Shown here: in pieces, positions 20,795 through 32,357 of the stretch
Layout: every line of letters starts with the position of its first letter
How positions within the stretch are numbered: the first letter of the stretch is position 1
Assembly: GCA_963727825.1 (NCBI GenBank)
Contig: CAVSHO010000011.1
Span: 320,001-384,000 of the forward strand
Direction of reading: 5' to 3'
DNA from: Ignavibacteriota bacterium
GTDB lineage: Bacteria; Bacteroidota; Ignavibacteria; UBA10030
DNA length: 64,000 nucleotides
Notes under the pieces: generated by a model
What the model was told of the DNA's origin: nothing
Database searches by the model: none
What the model saw: only the letters and a program-made list of their open reading frames with translations
Translations under genes and position numbers: made by a program

Positions 20795-21586
20795 CTAGTG
20801 ATGACAAGGACCCGGAATAATACCGCGCCTACTGCTTGCTATGAAATCAATAATGTTTTGAATCTCAGGTGATTGTTCCAATTCTTCCTTGATGCGTACA
20901 ACTGCCTGTGAAACATTCAAGTTGGATTGATAGATAAGAATGTACGCTTTGTCTATTAAATCTATTGCTTCCCGATTAAAACCGCGACGGCGGAGTCCGA
21001 TAGAATTTAATCCTTCAAACACCATCGGCTCTCGGCCTGACCGAATGTAAGGCGGAATATCTTTTGCAGCCCGATACCCGCCGCCAACCATCGTATGATC
21101 TCCGATGTGAACGAATTGATGAACTGGTGTCAACCCACCAATAATCACCCAGTTATCAAGAGTGACATGACCCGCTAATGCCACGCTGTTCGCCAAAATG
21201 CAATTATCACCAACAATGCAATCATGCCCTACGTGTGCATTAACCATAAACATACAATTGCTGCCTATGATAGTCTTCCCTGTTTCAATTGTTCCACGGT
21301 TCAACGTGACATATTCACGAATATCGCACTTGTCACCAATTTCTATAAGTGTCGGCTCGCCTTTAAATTTTAAATCTTGCGGTGGGCCACCGATGACTGA
21401 GAACGAAGCGATTTTGCATCCTTTGCCAATACGCGCTCCGTCCTGAATAATTGCATAGGGTGCAATAGTTGAGTTATCTCCAATGATAACATCATCGCCA
21501 AGAATCGCCGAAGGACCAATTGTAACATTCTCGCCAAGCTGTGCTTTTTTCCCAACCAACGCCAAAGGATGAATATTAACACCCAT
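20795..21586 (-). CDS. lpxA: UDP-N-acetylglucosamine acyltransferase
   Basis: Hexapeptide repeats, PQDLKF, HVGHDC, LAGHV, VHQF, GLNSIGLRRRGF. Confidence 0.97.
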   Translation of the reverse strand: MGVNIHPLALVGKKAQLGENVTIGPSAILGDDVIIGDNSTIAPYAIIQDGARIGKGCKIASFSVIGGPPQDLKFKGEPTLIEIGDKCDIREYVTLNRGTIETGKTIIGSNCMFMVNAHVGHDCIVGDNCILANSVALAGHVTLDNWVIIGGLTPVHQFVHIGDHTMVGGGYRAAKDIPPYIRSGREPMVFEGLNSIGLRRRGFNREAIDLIDKAYILIYQSNLNVSQAVVRIKEELEQSPEIQNIIDFIASSRRGIIPGPCHH

Positions 21587-21612
21587 ATTTTTTTCTCATT
21601 ATATTTTTAAAA

Positions 21613-23025
21613 TCATTTTGCTTTTGCTTCTTCACGATCAACGAGTGCCGCGGTAAAATCACCTTCTGCTACCACTATACCGTCCACCAGAGCTTCACCG
21701 CGAATCTGGATTACTTTAGAACGACGGCTCACCATTTTAACATCAAGGATCAGTTGATCGCCGGGCACAACCGGTTTACGGAACTTCACATTATTGATCG
21801 CCATAAAGAATACTAATTTGTTGCCGGTATTTTCAGTACCGTTCAGCATCAGAACACCGCCTGCCTGCGCGAGTGCTTCCACGATCAACACACCAGGCAT
21901 AATCGGCTTGTCCGGAAAGTGACCTTGAAAGAACTGTTCGTTCATCGTCACATTTTTAACGCCAACAGCATGTTCATCCATCTGAAAATCAATAATTTTA
22001 TCAACAAGAAGGAATGGATAACGATGCGGCAATATACGCTGGATGGCATTAACATCAAAAATTACACCTTCTTTTTTCTCATGCTGATACTTACGCACGA
22101 TTTTATTTTGTTGATACAGCTTTCGAACCTTACGGGCAAATTCAATATTAGCTGCATGACCGGGGCGGGCAGCAAGTATTTGTGCTTTAATTGGTGCACC
22201 AATGAGCGCGAGATCACCAATCATGTCTAACAATTTATGCCGTGCCGGTTCATTGCGATAAAGAAGTTTTTTATCGTTCAATACACCAGAAGAGCCAAGA
22301 ATTACCGAATGATCGAGACCCAATTTATGCACTAATTTTTTAATTTGATCGTCGGATAGGTCGCTATCAACGATGACGACGGCATTATCAAGATTTCCCC
22401 CTTTAATCAAGCCTTGATCATACAACATTTCAACTTCATGGAGGAAGCAAAACGTGCGTGCCGAGGAAAATTCAGAGACAAACTCTTTTTCAAGATTGAA
22501 TAAACCTGTGTGCTGACTTCCTAATGCTGGATTGTTATAGTCAATCATTACTGTGACACGAAAATCATCTGTCGGCAACGCAACGATTTCGACGCCGCGA
22601 ACAGGATCCTGATAATGGATAACTTGATCTATGATGAGATAATCTTTCGGTGCTTCCTGATCTTCTAAACCTGCCTCAAGCAGCATATCTACAAACGGTT
22701 TCGAGCTGCCATCACGTATAGGAGGTTCGATGTTGTTGAGTTCAATAACTATATTATCAACCTGTAATCCGGCAATAGCGGCAAGAACATGCTCAACAGT
22801 ATGCACTCTTGTATTACCGATTCCTAAGGTTGTTCCGCGTTGAAGATCAACTACGTGGTCAACATCGGCTGGAATTTCCGGCGAATCCTGTAGATCAACT
22901 CGGCGAAATCGGATGCCATAATTTTCGGGAGCAGGTTTGAAAGTCATCGTTGTTGTCACGCCTGTATGAAGTCCTATACCAGACATAGAGACAGGTTTCT
23001 TAATAGTCATTTGCTGAACAAGCAT
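21613..23025 (-). CDS. lpxC/fabZ: Bifunctional LpxC deacetylase / FabZ dehydratase
   Basis: GIGLHTG, TVEHVLAA, ARTF, HKLLDMIGDL, then LPHRYPFLLVD and FFQGHFP..PIMPGVL. Confidence 0.96.
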   Translation of the reverse strand: MLVQQMTIKKPVSMSGIGLHTGVTTTMTFKPAPENYGIRFRRVDLQDSPEIPADVDHVVDLQRGTTLGIGNTRVHTVEHVLAAIAGLQVDNIVIELNNIEPPIRDGSSKPFVDMLLEAGLEDQEAPKDYLIIDQVIHYQDPVRGVEIVALPTDDFRVTVMIDYNNPALGSQHTGLFNLEKEFVSEFSSARTFCFLHEVEMLYDQGLIKGGNLDNAVVIVDSDLSDDQIKKLVHKLGLDHSVILGSSGVLNDKKLLYRNEPARHKLLDMIGDLALIGAPIKAQILAARPGHAANIEFARKVRKLYQQNKIVRKYQHEKKEGVIFDVNAIQRILPHRYPFLLVDKIIDFQMDEHAVGVKNVTMNEQFFQGHFPDKPIMPGVLIVEALAQAGGVLMLNGTENTGNKLVFFMAINNVKFRKPVVPGDQLILDVKMVSRRSKVIQIRGEALVDGIVVAEGDFTAALVDREEAKAK

Positions 23026-23045
23026 GCTTTCTACCTCTCCTTTTT

Positions 23046-24110
23046 TTATTTTTTTAAAAGCTTTTGTTCGAGATCAGCAACTTTTTTCTTTAGCGCTGTA
23101 AATTCGTGCAGTATATCCGGCAACATCTTCATTGCTATGTATGCACGCTGTGCTTTTCTTGCTTCATCGGCAGGAGTTCCGAAAAAGGATTTGCCTGGTT
23201 CATTAATGTTATCATGAACACCTGATTGCGCCATAATAACCGTGTGGTCTGCTATCTCGATATGGCCTGCTAATCCTACCTGTCCGCCGATCATGCAATA
23301 CTTGCCAATTTTCGTACTGCCACTTATTCCTGTCTGTGCAGCTATTACTGTGTTCTCACCGACATCAACATTGTGCGCAATCTGAACAAGGTTGTCTATC
23401 TTCACGCCACGGTGGATATGAGTATCACCCATCACCGCACGATCGATGGTGGTGTTGGCACCAACCTCTACATCGTCCTCGATGGTAACAATACCAAGCT
23501 GGGGAATCTTTTCGTATGTGCCGCCTGGTTTCGGTGCAAACCCAAATCCATCCGACCCGATCACCGCACCAGAATGAAGAACGACTCTATTCCCTATTAT
23601 GCATTGATGATAAACAACAACATTAGGATAGAGCATACAATCTGCTCCAACTTGCGCTTGTACTCCGATTATGCAACCTTCGCCGATCTTTGTGCTACTA
23701 CCTACAACTGCATTTGCACCAACTACAGCATACGCTCCTATCGATACATTCTTTCCCAATGTTGCATTAGATGAAATAACAGCGGTTGGATGGATACTGG
23801 AGATAAATGGATCGATCGTAGGTGTTAAGCGTTTCAATACATGCAGAAACGCAATATACGGGTCGTCAACACGGATAAATATAATTGAAGCTCGACTTTC
23901 AATTTTCTTTAGGTCGAGCTTTCTAGATATTAGTACTGCCGTTGCATTGGTGGCGCCGAGGTGCTTTTGATACTTCGGGTTAGCTAAAAAAGTGAGACTG
24001 CCAGATGTTGCTTCTTCAATTTTTGCAACATGGTCGATCTCTGGCTCACCTTCAATATTGCCGCCCACGATTTCACCGCCAAGCCACTCCGCAATTTCAC
24101 GAATGGTCAT
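23046..24110 (-). CDS. lpxD: UDP-3-O-acylglucosamine N-acyltransferase
   Basis: [40 protein letters not shown]. Confidence 0.96.
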   Translation of the reverse strand: MTIREIAEWLGGEIVGGNIEGEPEIDHVAKIEEATSGSLTFLANPKYQKHLGATNATAVLISRKLDLKKIESRASIIFIRVDDPYIAFLHVLKRLTPTIDPFISSIHPTAVISSNATLGKNVSIGAYAVVGANAVVGSSTKIGEGCIIGVQAQVGADCMLYPNVVVYHQCIIGNRVVLHSGAVIGSDGFGFAPKPGGTYEKIPQLGIVTIEDDVEVGANTTIDRAVMGDTHIHRGVKIDNLVQIAHNVDVGENTVIAAQTGISGSTKIGKYCMIGGQVGLAGHIEIADHTVIMAQSGVHDNINEPGKSFFGTPADEARKAQRAYIAMKMLPDILHEFTALKKKVADLEQKLLKK

Positions 24111-24124
24111 AAGTCGTGGCCGCG

Positions 24125-24667
24125 TTATTTTGTGACAGACGGAGTTGTTGTAGTCACTTTAAGCTTGGAAAAGATTTTTTGTGTCAGGTCGTACTTTTCA
24201 TTTGCGTACATCAATAAGATATCACCGCTTTTATCAAATACGTAATCATATCCATCTTCGCGCGCCACATCCTGTACAGCTTTGAATACGCGGTCCTGCA
24301 CCGGCTTCATCAATTCATTTTGCTTGTTGAACAACTCGCCGTTTTGTCCAAACTTTTGTGTGCGGAAATCGACTATTTTCTGATCCATATCCCGCAATTC
24401 ACGTTCAGCTTCTGCACGACGTTGTTCAGTCATAATAAGTTTCCGTTTATCGTAATCATCAAACTTCTTTTTCCACTCATCCTGCATCTTGTTCAACTCT
24501 TGCTGCCAATCGGCAACGAATTGATCAAGCTGCTTCTGAGCGTCCTGTGCATCCGGAAGTTGCTTCATGATCGCTTCAGAATTAAAGTAAGCAATCTTCA
24601 TTTGTGCGCTTGTTTTTATCGCAAATAATAACGATAAGAATGCAACCAAAGCTAATATTTTCTTCAT
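24125..24667 (-). CDS. skp: OmpH/Skp periplasmic chaperone
   Basis: Start refined to ATG 24667; signal peptide, KIAYFNS, coiled coil, [12 protein letters not shown]. Confidence 0.9.
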   Translation of the reverse strand: MKKILALVAFLSLLFAIKTSAQMKIAYFNSEAIMKQLPDAQDAQKQLDQFVADWQQELNKMQDEWKKKFDDYDKRKLIMTEQRRAEAERELRDMDQKIVDFRTQKFGQNGELFNKQNELMKPVQDRVFKAVQDVAREDGYDYVFDKSGDILLMYANEKYDLTQKIFSKLKVTTTTPSVTK

Positions 24668-24709
24668 GTCCTCTTTCTCCATCAATCATTCATTGGGAGA
24701 CATAACAAA

Positions 24710-25273
24710 TCATTTAACTTCTTTCGACTTTGTTGTCGCTGGAGCTGCTGAGCCTCTCTTTAATTGATCGATCACTTTATAAGTAAGATCAAACTTTGCA
24801 TCTGCATAAAGCAGATTAGTAGCCGTTTCCAGCTTGTCAAACACATAATTGAATCCATCTTCTTTTGCTACTTTTTCTATGACTTTCATTACACGTTCCT
24901 GAATAGGCGCAAACTTCTTTTCACGTAGCTTTACTGCTTCACCATTTTGTTGATCAAACTTCTGGTATTGATACTCACGTGCTTTCTGTTGAAGGTCCTG
25001 CAAGTCTTTTTCTTTATCAGCTTTTGCTTTCGGATCGAGCAGCGCTTGCTTTTTCTGATAATCTTCTAAATTATCTTGAAGCTCTTTACTCATACGTTCT
25101 AGTTCGTCCTGCCATACTTTGATCGTGGTTTCAAGCTCTTTTTTCACCTGTTGAGCTTCGGGAAGTTCACGCAGAATAATCTCAGAATTAACGTATGCAA
25201 TCTTGGCTGCCTGTGCTGTGCTGATGGATGCAACCAAAACGACCATCGCAGCAATTAAAATGATTTTTTTCAA
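24710..25273 (-). CDS. skp: OmpH/Skp periplasmic chaperone (second copy)
   Basis: TTG start; KIAYVNS, GFNYVFDK, FDLT; lies between bamA and lpxD. Confidence 0.9.
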   Translation of the reverse strand: MKKIILIAAMVVLVASISTAQAAKIAYVNSEIILRELPEAQQVKKELETTIKVWQDELERMSKELQDNLEDYQKKQALLDPKAKADKEKDLQDLQQKAREYQYQKFDQQNGEAVKLREKKFAPIQERVMKVIEKVAKEDGFNYVFDKLETATNLLYADAKFDLTYKVIDQLKRGSAAPATTKSKEVK

Positions 25274-25322
25274 GGGACCCTCGTTTAATTAAGTTAATGA
25301 ATGTTTAATTGCAATTAATAAT

Positions 25323-27719
25323 TTACATAGATTTTCCGAATTGAAAATGGAATTTCCAACCGGGAGCGGCAGCGTTCGGTGTTGCCCCATCATAACCATA
25401 GCCATAATCAAATCCGATCAAACCAACTGGATTTACTAATAGACGAACACCAAATCCCGCTGACCGGCGAAGATCAAGCATGTCCATAACAGAAGGATCG
25501 AGCCACACATTCCCCGCCTCGGCAAATAAAAGTGTGTAAATCGGGATTGGATTTACTGTCAGTGCAAAGCGTAATTCTGCTGTATACTTTGCCATTGCTT
25601 TACCGCCAATGCCTTTTGTGGAATAAGGCCCGATACTGTTATCATCATATCCGCGTAATGGAGTCACAGATATCTGTCCAAGTCCTGTACCGCCCATATA
25701 AAATAGATCTTGATATGGAACGTTGGGCGTACTACCTATGCCAAAAACAAGTCCAAGCATGTTAGAACTCATCAAAGTAACTTTGTCAGAACTGGATAAA
25801 GGCACATACCAATCAGCATCAAAAATTTGCCTGTAATATCGCGATGCTTTAGTCCCACTGCTTAAGCTTGGACCTCCGTAAATTTCTGTCAATAAGGAAA
25901 AATTGGAGCCGCGAGAAGGAAAAATCGGACTATCAGTACTATTGCGAGAGAGAACCTGAGAAATACCAATTTGTGTTGTTGTACCTGTATAATAATAGGA
26001 ATCATAGTACGTAGATGTTGTACTAAGAGGATTGTATGTAGTCTCCTGGACATGCAATGTCCAGTCGCCGCGGAAATACATATCAGGCCACTTAAAACGC
26101 CGCCCGATACGGACCGATGCGCCATCAGTGTGTAAATCATAATAGTACGATTGATATGTATCGAATATATTAAATCCAAATAAAGTTGGTGTACTGAACA
26201 TCCACGGTTCTGTAAAGCCAATCGAAAACGTTCGATAATAGTTACTTACACCAAATTGATAATCGAATGTCATTGACTGACCGGCGCCGCCCCGTAATGG
26301 TTCACTTAAAGAAAAATTATTAAATGAAACTCCAAGACCACCACTGAAACCAAACGAGCCGCTATATCCAACTGACATATTGAAAGTATCGCTGGATTTT
26401 TCTTCAACAGAATACTCCAACTCAACTGTTTTGTCATCAACCGGCCGGACATCTGGTTTTAATTTTTCCGGATTGAAATAATTTAATTGCTGCAGTTGGC
26501 GCAGACTTCTGAGAATCAGCTGCCTGCTGAAATAATCACCCGGCTTTGTTAGTAACTCACGGCGAATAACTTTTTCGTACGTTTTCGTGTTACCCGAAAT
26601 AAATACACGGCCAAGGCGGAATTGATTCCGTTCGTGGATTTGCATTATAATATCAAGGCTATCAGTACCAACTACCTTTATATCAGGTTCCACCTGAAAG
26701 TAGAGATAGCCGTTGTCAGCATAAAGCGACGTAACATCTGACTCTTCTTCGTTGCGATGCAGATTTTGATCGAATTTTTCTTGATTAAATACATCCCCTT
26801 TTTTGAGTCCTAGCCGAGTACTCAGCACATCGGATGGATATACTGTATTGCCTTCCCAAGAGATATTTCTTATAAAAAATTGCTGTCCTTCTGATAAATA
26901 AATGTTAATTGTCATGTACCTATTTGTATTATCATAAGTCAGCGAGTCAGAAAGAATTTCGGCATCGCGGAATCCATTATTCCGATAAAATGCGAGGATA
27001 AGGTCTTTATCTTCATTATATTTTTTCTTGTCAAATTTATTTGTTGTCCAAAACTTCCACCACCTTCTTTCACTTGTCTCCTTCATCGCACCTTTCAGGT
27101 CGCCATCATCAAACCGTTTATTGCCATGAAAGTGGATGTAGTCTACCTTCACTTTCACCCCCTCATCAATAACAACTTTTAATGCCACACGCCCGGTTGT
27201 GTCGTTCACCGTAACAAGTGTTGGAGTGATATGTGCATTAAGATATCCATCTTCATCGTATTGATGCTTCAGCACGCGGATGACCGTTGAAAGATCCTGC
27301 GGCGTAACAATTTGGCCTTTTACAAGATTTATTTTTTTAAGAATGTCATCCTGATCTAATTCATCATTGCCGGATACTTCAATGCGTTCCAATCTTGGAT
27401 TTTCTTTCACTTTGATTAAAAGATAGACTCCATCCTGTACTCGATTCTCAATGAAGATTTGGACATCATCAAATATACGAAGGTTATGCAATCTCTCAAT
27501 TGCCAATTTCGTTTGCTCACTTGGAATTGTGATTTCCTCGCCTATTTTCAATCCAGTATTTGCGATAATGGCAGAGGGGTCTCCAGATCGTTGCCCTTCC
27601 ACGCTAATACCGAGGATTTTATAAACTTCTGGTTGCGGCTGTTGCTTCTGTCCGAACAAAACTCCAGCTGAGAATGCTACGAAGAGGAAGAGGAAAAAGA
27701 GTTTATGAATTCGTGACAC
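25323..27719 (-). CDS. bamA: Outer membrane protein assembly factor BamA
   Basis: POTRA repeats (GNTKT..VIRREL), LRGY loop, barrel with C-terminal FHFQFG; conserved uppS-bamA-skp context. Confidence 0.95.
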   Translation of the reverse strand: MSRIHKLFFLFLFVAFSAGVLFGQKQQPQPEVYKILGISVEGQRSGDPSAIIANTGLKIGEEITIPSEQTKLAIERLHNLRIFDDVQIFIENRVQDGVYLLIKVKENPRLERIEVSGNDELDQDDILKKINLVKGQIVTPQDLSTVIRVLKHQYDEDGYLNAHITPTLVTVNDTTGRVALKVVIDEGVKVKVDYIHFHGNKRFDDGDLKGAMKETSERRWWKFWTTNKFDKKKYNEDKDLILAFYRNNGFRDAEILSDSLTYDNTNRYMTINIYLSEGQQFFIRNISWEGNTVYPSDVLSTRLGLKKGDVFNQEKFDQNLHRNEEESDVTSLYADNGYLYFQVEPDIKVVGTDSLDIIMQIHERNQFRLGRVFISGNTKTYEKVIRRELLTKPGDYFSRQLILRSLRQLQQLNYFNPEKLKPDVRPVDDKTVELEYSVEEKSSDTFNMSVGYSGSFGFSGGLGVSFNNFSLSEPLRGGAGQSMTFDYQFGVSNYYRTFSIGFTEPWMFSTPTLFGFNIFDTYQSYYYDLHTDGASVRIGRRFKWPDMYFRGDWTLHVQETTYNPLSTTSTYYDSYYYTGTTTQIGISQVLSRNSTDSPIFPSRGSNFSLLTEIYGGPSLSSGTKASRYYRQIFDADWYVPLSSSDKVTLMSSNMLGLVFGIGSTPNVPYQDLFYMGGTGLGQISVTPLRGYDDNSIGPYSTKGIGGKAMAKYTAELRFALTVNPIPIYTLLFAEAGNVWLDPSVMDMLDLRRSAGFGVRLLVNPVGLIGFDYGYGYDGATPNAAAPGWKFHFQFGKSM

Positions 27720-28539
27720 TTTTTTTAAACCTTTCTATAATCCGGGCAGAATGACTTTTTGAGGATGGCTGTACTTGTTCACTTACCATGCCAAATCGAC
27801 GCTCGCGTGTTTGAAAATCCGCAATTGCTTCATACAGATGCTTACGTCGAAACGCAGGCCAATATTCATCTGTAATAACGATCTCTGAATAGGCTGATTG
27901 CCAAAGAAGAAAATTGCTAAGCCGCAGTTCACCGCTCGTCCGGATTAGCAAATCAGGATCAGGAATATCTTTCGTCGAAAGGTACTTCCCGATCATTTCC
28001 TCACTGATCATATCTTTCTTTAACACTCCGGCAAGAATATCAGTATACATTTCCTTAATGGCATTCGTTATATCCCACCTACCGCTGTAACTGAGCGCAA
28101 GTACCAAAGTTAAACCGGAATTCTCCTTCATCATCTCCATCGCATCGCGTAATTCATTAGCGACATCGATAGGAAGCATATAGAATTCTCCTATAACTTT
28201 CAGGCGTACCTCATTCTGGTGAAGTCGATCTCGTTCATCTCGCAATGCCCTCACTAATAAGCGCATCAGCATGGACACTTCATCTTGCGGCCGCTTCCAG
28301 TTCTCAGTGGAGAATGTATAAAGCGTAAGATATTTTATATCAAGCTGTGCACATGCCTCAATAATATCCCGAACAGAATTGACACCTTCGTTATGACCGG
28401 CAATTCGCGGTAATCCCCGGCGTTTCGCCCATCGCCCATTCCCATCCATAATGATGGCAATATGTTTGGGCAATGGACCGTATGCGATAAGCTGTTCTTG
28501 ATGCTTTTTATCGATTCCCGTTGCCTTTACTAACGGCAC
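27703..28539 (-). CDS. uppS: Undecaprenyl diphosphate synthase
   Basis: HIAIIMDGNGRWA, FSTENWKRP, DLLIRTSGELRLSNFLLWQ, RERRFG. Confidence 0.97.
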   Translation of the reverse strand: MPLVKATGIDKKHQEQLIAYGPLPKHIAIIMDGNGRWAKRRGLPRIAGHNEGVNSVRDIIEACAQLDIKYLTLYTFSTENWKRPQDEVSMLMRLLVRALRDERDRLHQNEVRLKVIGEFYMLPIDVANELRDAMEMMKENSGLTLVLALSYSGRWDITNAIKEMYTDILAGVLKKDMISEEMIGKYLSTKDIPDPDLLIRTSGELRLSNFLLWQSAYSEIVITDEYWPAFRRKHLYEAIADFQTRERRFGMVSEQVQPSSKSHSARIIERFKKSVTNS

Positions 28540-28665
28540 AATTTCTCCAAATTTCTAATTATTACTTGTACGTGTTTATAAATTTAACCTTTTTTGGAAC
28601 GATAGTCAAAAAAAAGCATCTAAAAGAGTGATAAGCCGCAGATACGGGAGTCGATTTTCGTTTTC

Positions 28666-28694
28666 TTGACTGACCCTGTAAAAATGGTTATATT
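28666..28694 (+). promoter_or_regulatory. Putative sigma70 promoter of clpC
   Basis: TTGACT, 17 nt, TATATT in the divergent uppS/clpC gap. Confidence 0.6.
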
Positions 28695-28787
28695 GGTAAG
28701 GAAACTTTATTTCTTCTAGAACGGTTCATGATATAGGAATTAAGACGTTTTATTGAGATAGTTGGTTCCGTTATTAAGGGAAAATAT

Positions 28788-31295
28788 ATGGAAGGAAATT
28801 TTTCAAATAGAGTACAAGACGTAATACGACTAAGCCGTGATGAAGCATTACGGCTTGGGCATGATTATATTGGAACAGAGCACTTGCTCTTAGGTGTCAT
28901 TCGTGAAGGTGAAGGTATAGCGGTGAAGATTCTCCGCAATCTCGGTGTAGATTTGTACAAGTTGAAGAAAACAATTGAAGATACGGTTCGTGCTGCAGGT
29001 GGAACGCTCACAATTGGCAATATACCGTTGACAAAGCAGGCAGAAAAAGTCCTTAAAATCACTTATTTGGAAGCAAAGCTCTACAAATCTGATGTAATCG
29101 GCACAGAACATTTATTGCTGTCACTCCTGCGTGATGACGACAATATAGCCGCACAGATAATGCATCAATTTAATGTTCACTATGATGTAGTTCGAAATGA
29201 ATTGGATAATATTATTTCTGGCAAGCCATCCTCGCCTCCCAGTCAACAACATACTCAAACAGAAAAAAAACAGGAACGCTCAAAAACACCTGTGTTGGAT
29301 AACTTCGGTCGCGATCTTACAAAACTTGCGATCGAAGATAAGCTTGACCCCATAGTCGGACGTGAAAAAGAAATCGAGCGCGTTGCTCAAGTTCTGAGTA
29401 GACGGAAGAAAAATAACCCTGTACTAATAGGCGAGCCGGGCGTTGGAAAATCTGCTATTGCAGAAGGTCTTGCACTCCGCATAGTTCAAAAGAAAGTCTC
29501 TCGTGTTCTACATGATAAACGCGTCGTAACACTCGACCTTGCAGCATTAGTAGCTGGCACGAAATACCGCGGTCAGTTTGAAGAAAGAATGAAAGCAGTA
29601 ATGAACGAACTAGAGAAATCTAAAGATGTCATCCTTTTCATCGACGAATTGCATACAATCGTCGGTGCAGGCGGTGCAAGCGGCTCATTAGATGCATCTA
29701 ATATGTTCAAACCTGCGTTGGCTCGTGGCGATCTCCAATGCATTGGTGCAACCACCCTTGATGAATACCGGCAATATATTGAAAAAGATGGAGCACTTGA
29801 CCGTCGGTTCCAGAAGATCATGGTAAACCCGACTACAGTTGATGAAACAATCCAGATTCTTGAGAATATAAAGCATAAGTACGAAGAACACCATGGCGTT
29901 CTCTATTCCGAGCCTGCCATACAAGCAGCAGTGCGTCTAAGCGATAGGTACATAACCGATCGGTACCTGCCAGATAAAGCTATCGATGTAATGGACGAAG
30001 CTGGCGCCCGCGTGCACTTAGCTAATATAAAGGTGCCAAAAGAAATTCTCCAACTTGAAGATGAGATTGAAAAAATTCGGCAATCAAAGAACCAGGTTGT
30101 AAAAAACCAAAATTTCGAGGAAGCAGCACGCCTACGTGATTTGGAGAAAAAACTTTTAAGCGATTTGGAAATTGCAAAACGCGAATGGGATTTGAAGGCA
30201 CGGGATATGATTTACGATGTCAATGAGGAAGATTGTGCCGCCGTTGTCTCGATGATGACAAATATTCCTGTACAAAAAGTTGCGCAAAGCGAATCCGAGA
30301 AATTACTTAAGATGGAATCAGCGCTTGCCGAGATGGTAGTTGGACAAGATGAAGCCATTTCCAAACTGACAAAGGCAATTCGGCGTACTCGTGCCGGTCT
30401 AAAAGATCCAAAACGTCCTATCGGTTCCTTCATTTTTCTCGGTCCTACAGGTGTCGGCAAGACAGAGATGGCAAAAGCGCTTGCGCGTTACCTGTTCGAT
30501 TCTGATGAAGCCCTTATTCGCATAGATATGAGCGAGTATATGGAAAAATTTGCAGTCTCGCGCCTTGTCGGTGCACCTCCAGGCTATGTTGGATATGAAG
30601 AAGGCGGTCAATTAACTGAAAAAGTTCGGCGGAAGCCTTATTCTGTAGTTTTATTAGATGAAATTGAAAAAGCACATCCGGATGTCTTTAACATTTTATT
30701 GCAAGTATTGGACGATGGAGTACTAACTGACAGCCTCGGCCGTCGTATTGATTTTAAAAATACGATTTTGATAATGACTTCAAATCTTGGTTCGCGAGAC
30801 ATTAAAGTTACTGGCGGATTAGGATTCGGGACAAATACGCATCAGGATAACTACAAGACAATGAAGTCTAGCATCGAAGATGCGCTCAAGCGGGTTTTCA
30901 ATCCAGAGTTTCTGAATCGCGTCGATGATACGATTATTTTTCATCAGCTCGAACGTTCGCACATATATAAGATTATCGATATTGCAACCAAGGAACTCTT
31001 TGGTCGCATGATATCGCTTGGAATTACAATCGAGCTAAGTCAAGAAGCAAAAGATTTTCTTGTTGAAAAAGGATACGATCCTTCGTTTGGCGCGCGGCCA
31101 CTTCGCAGAGCGGTTATGAAATATATCGAAGATCCATGCGCTGAAGAAATTCTGAAAGGTACTTACCCGCAGGGAAGTACTATACTTGCAAATTTTAATA
31201 AAGAGAAAGAAGAGCTTGTGTTTGTGTATACCCCAAAAGGAATCGAAGATAATCAAATAGAAAAACACGATGAAGAAATAATCGATACTAAGTAA
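28788..31295 (+). CDS. clpC: ATP-dependent Clp protease ATP-binding subunit ClpC
   Basis: Two Clp-N repeats, [11 protein letters not shown] coil (FEEAARLRD), [11 protein letters not shown] ClpP-docking loop. Confidence 0.95.
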   Translation: MEGNFSNRVQDVIRLSRDEALRLGHDYIGTEHLLLGVIREGEGIAVKILRNLGVDLYKLKKTIEDTVRAAGGTLTIGNIPLTKQAEKVLKITYLEAKLYKSDVIGTEHLLLSLLRDDDNIAAQIMHQFNVHYDVVRNELDNIISGKPSSPPSQQHTQTEKKQERSKTPVLDNFGRDLTKLAIEDKLDPIVGREKEIERVAQVLSRRKKNNPVLIGEPGVGKSAIAEGLALRIVQKKVSRVLHDKRVVTLDLAALVAGTKYRGQFEERMKAVMNELEKSKDVILFIDELHTIVGAGGASGSLDASNMFKPALARGDLQCIGATTLDEYRQYIEKDGALDRRFQKIMVNPTTVDETIQILENIKHKYEEHHGVLYSEPAIQAAVRLSDRYITDRYLPDKAIDVMDEAGARVHLANIKVPKEILQLEDEIEKIRQSKNQVVKNQNFEEAARLRDLEKKLLSDLEIAKREWDLKARDMIYDVNEEDCAAVVSMMTNIPVQKVAQSESEKLLKMESALAEMVVGQDEAISKLTKAIRRTRAGLKDPKRPIGSFIFLGPTGVGKTEMAKALARYLFDSDEALIRIDMSEYMEKFAVSRLVGAPPGYVGYEEGGQLTEKVRRKPYSVVLLDEIEKAHPDVFNILLQVLDDGVLTDSLGRRIDFKNTILIMTSNLGSRDIKVTGGLGFGTNTHQDNYKTMKSSIEDALKRVFNPEFLNRVDDTIIFHQLERSHIYKIIDIATKELFGRMISLGITIELSQEAKDFLVEKGYDPSFGARPLRRAVMKYIEDPCAEEILKGTYPQGSTILANFNKEKEELVFVYTPKGIEDNQIEKHDEEIIDTK

Positions 31296-31318
31296 TCGGT
31301 ATCATTTTAGAAATTTAG

Positions 31319-31352
31319 AATCCCTCGGCAAATACCGGGGGATTTTTATTTT
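31319..31352 (+). terminator. Intrinsic terminator after clpC
   Basis: AATCCCTCGG/CCGGGGGATT stem followed by a T-rich tract. Confidence 0.75.
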
Positions 31353-31386
31353 CATCAGAAATAACGAATATTTATAAATCTCTTAT

Positions 31387-32004
31387 ATGGTCTCGTCAGA
31401 AATTTCTGTGAATTCAAACAGAAAATCATATATCCTCTTTTACAAACCGTATGGCGTTCTGTCACAATTTACACGGGAGGCAGGATATTTATCGTTAGCC
31501 GATTTTGGGCCATTTCCCAAAAACATTTATTCGGCCGGCAGATTAGATGCAGACAGTGAGGGTCTCCTGCTACTAACCAATGACAATATTATTAAACACC
31601 GCATTACCGATCCAAAGTTCGAACACGCTCGAACGTATTTTGTTCAGGTGGAGGGACTTCCTGATGAAAACGATATAAAGCAATTACAGAATGGAGTTGT
31701 GATTGAAGGGAAACGCACGAAGCCAACAAAGGTAAAATTGTTAACCCGTGAGCCAAGCTTGCCGCCGCGCGCTGTGCCAATTCGCTTCAGAAAAAACACT
31801 CCGACATCGTGGATGGAAATTATATTGCGCGAGGGGCGCAACAGACAGGTAAGGAAAATGACTGCTGCTATTGGTCATCCAACATTAAGACTTGTGCGTA
31901 CATCTATCACATTCCTTAGCATACACGGACTAAAGCCAGGGATGTATCGAGAAATGAATCATAAGGAAATTGATAAATTGCTCAGGCTGTTAATAATTTC
32001 CTGA
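31387..32004 (+). CDS. rluE: rRNA pseudouridine synthase (RsuA family, RluE-like, no S4 domain)
   Basis: FYKPYGVLSQF, AGRLDADSEGLLLLT, PIRFRK, EGRNRQVRKMTA. Confidence 0.85.
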   Translation: MVSSEISVNSNRKSYILFYKPYGVLSQFTREAGYLSLADFGPFPKNIYSAGRLDADSEGLLLLTNDNIIKHRITDPKFEHARTYFVQVEGLPDENDIKQLQNGVVIEGKRTKPTKVKLLTREPSLPPRAVPIRFRKNTPTSWMEIILREGRNRQVRKMTAAIGHPTLRLVRTSITFLSIHGLKPGMYREMNHKEIDKLLRLLIIS

Positions 32005-32058
32005 ACGCGCTTTTCACAATTTTTGGCTTAACTTCGATAAAATTTGTGCACTGCAAAG

Positions 32059-32097
32059 TAAACAAAACCCCTGACGCACTACCAAACGCCAGGGGTT
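32059..32097 (-). terminator. Intrinsic terminator for a minus-strand transcript
   Basis: Minus strand AACCCCTGGCG-loop-CGTCAGGGGTT then TTGTTT; the single stem imperfection is a G-U pair only on the minus strand. Confidence 0.7.
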
Positions 32098-32188
32098 AGG
32101 GAGGCTATCGAACCAGCTGCCATGGGGAATGGCGAGAAGGTTCAACGATAATAACGATGCAAGTCAATAAAAGGTTCCCTTCGAAAAA
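32059..32188 (-). ncRNA. Candidate small RNA (unassigned family)
   Basis: Extended -10 TGATATTAT (32203-32195), long hairpin 32106-32150 with UCCCC loop, CCUCCC linker and terminator; no credible minus-strand CDS. Confidence 0.4.
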
Positions 32189-32357
32189 GTGTAGATAATA
32201 TCATCAAATAACTCGCTTTTGATGGGTAAGAGATGATTTTCAAATCCAAAGTAAAAAGATCGCACGTGCACGCCAAATGTAATACGGAAGCGACAAATAC
32301 AACTATGTAGCTATAAACCAAATAAATTATTAGCTTAATTGTTGATAGAAATTCCTT

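Noticed and set aside
21613-25273. lpxC-fabZ fusion and duplicated skp
   Set aside because: Both are standard in Bacteroidota/Chlorobi/Ignavibacteria; useful for taxonomy, not novel.
28600-28680. Possible CtsR or CIRCE heat-shock operator before clpC
   Set aside because: Only isolated GTCAA half-sites; no proper tandem heptad repeat or CIRCE inverted repeat.
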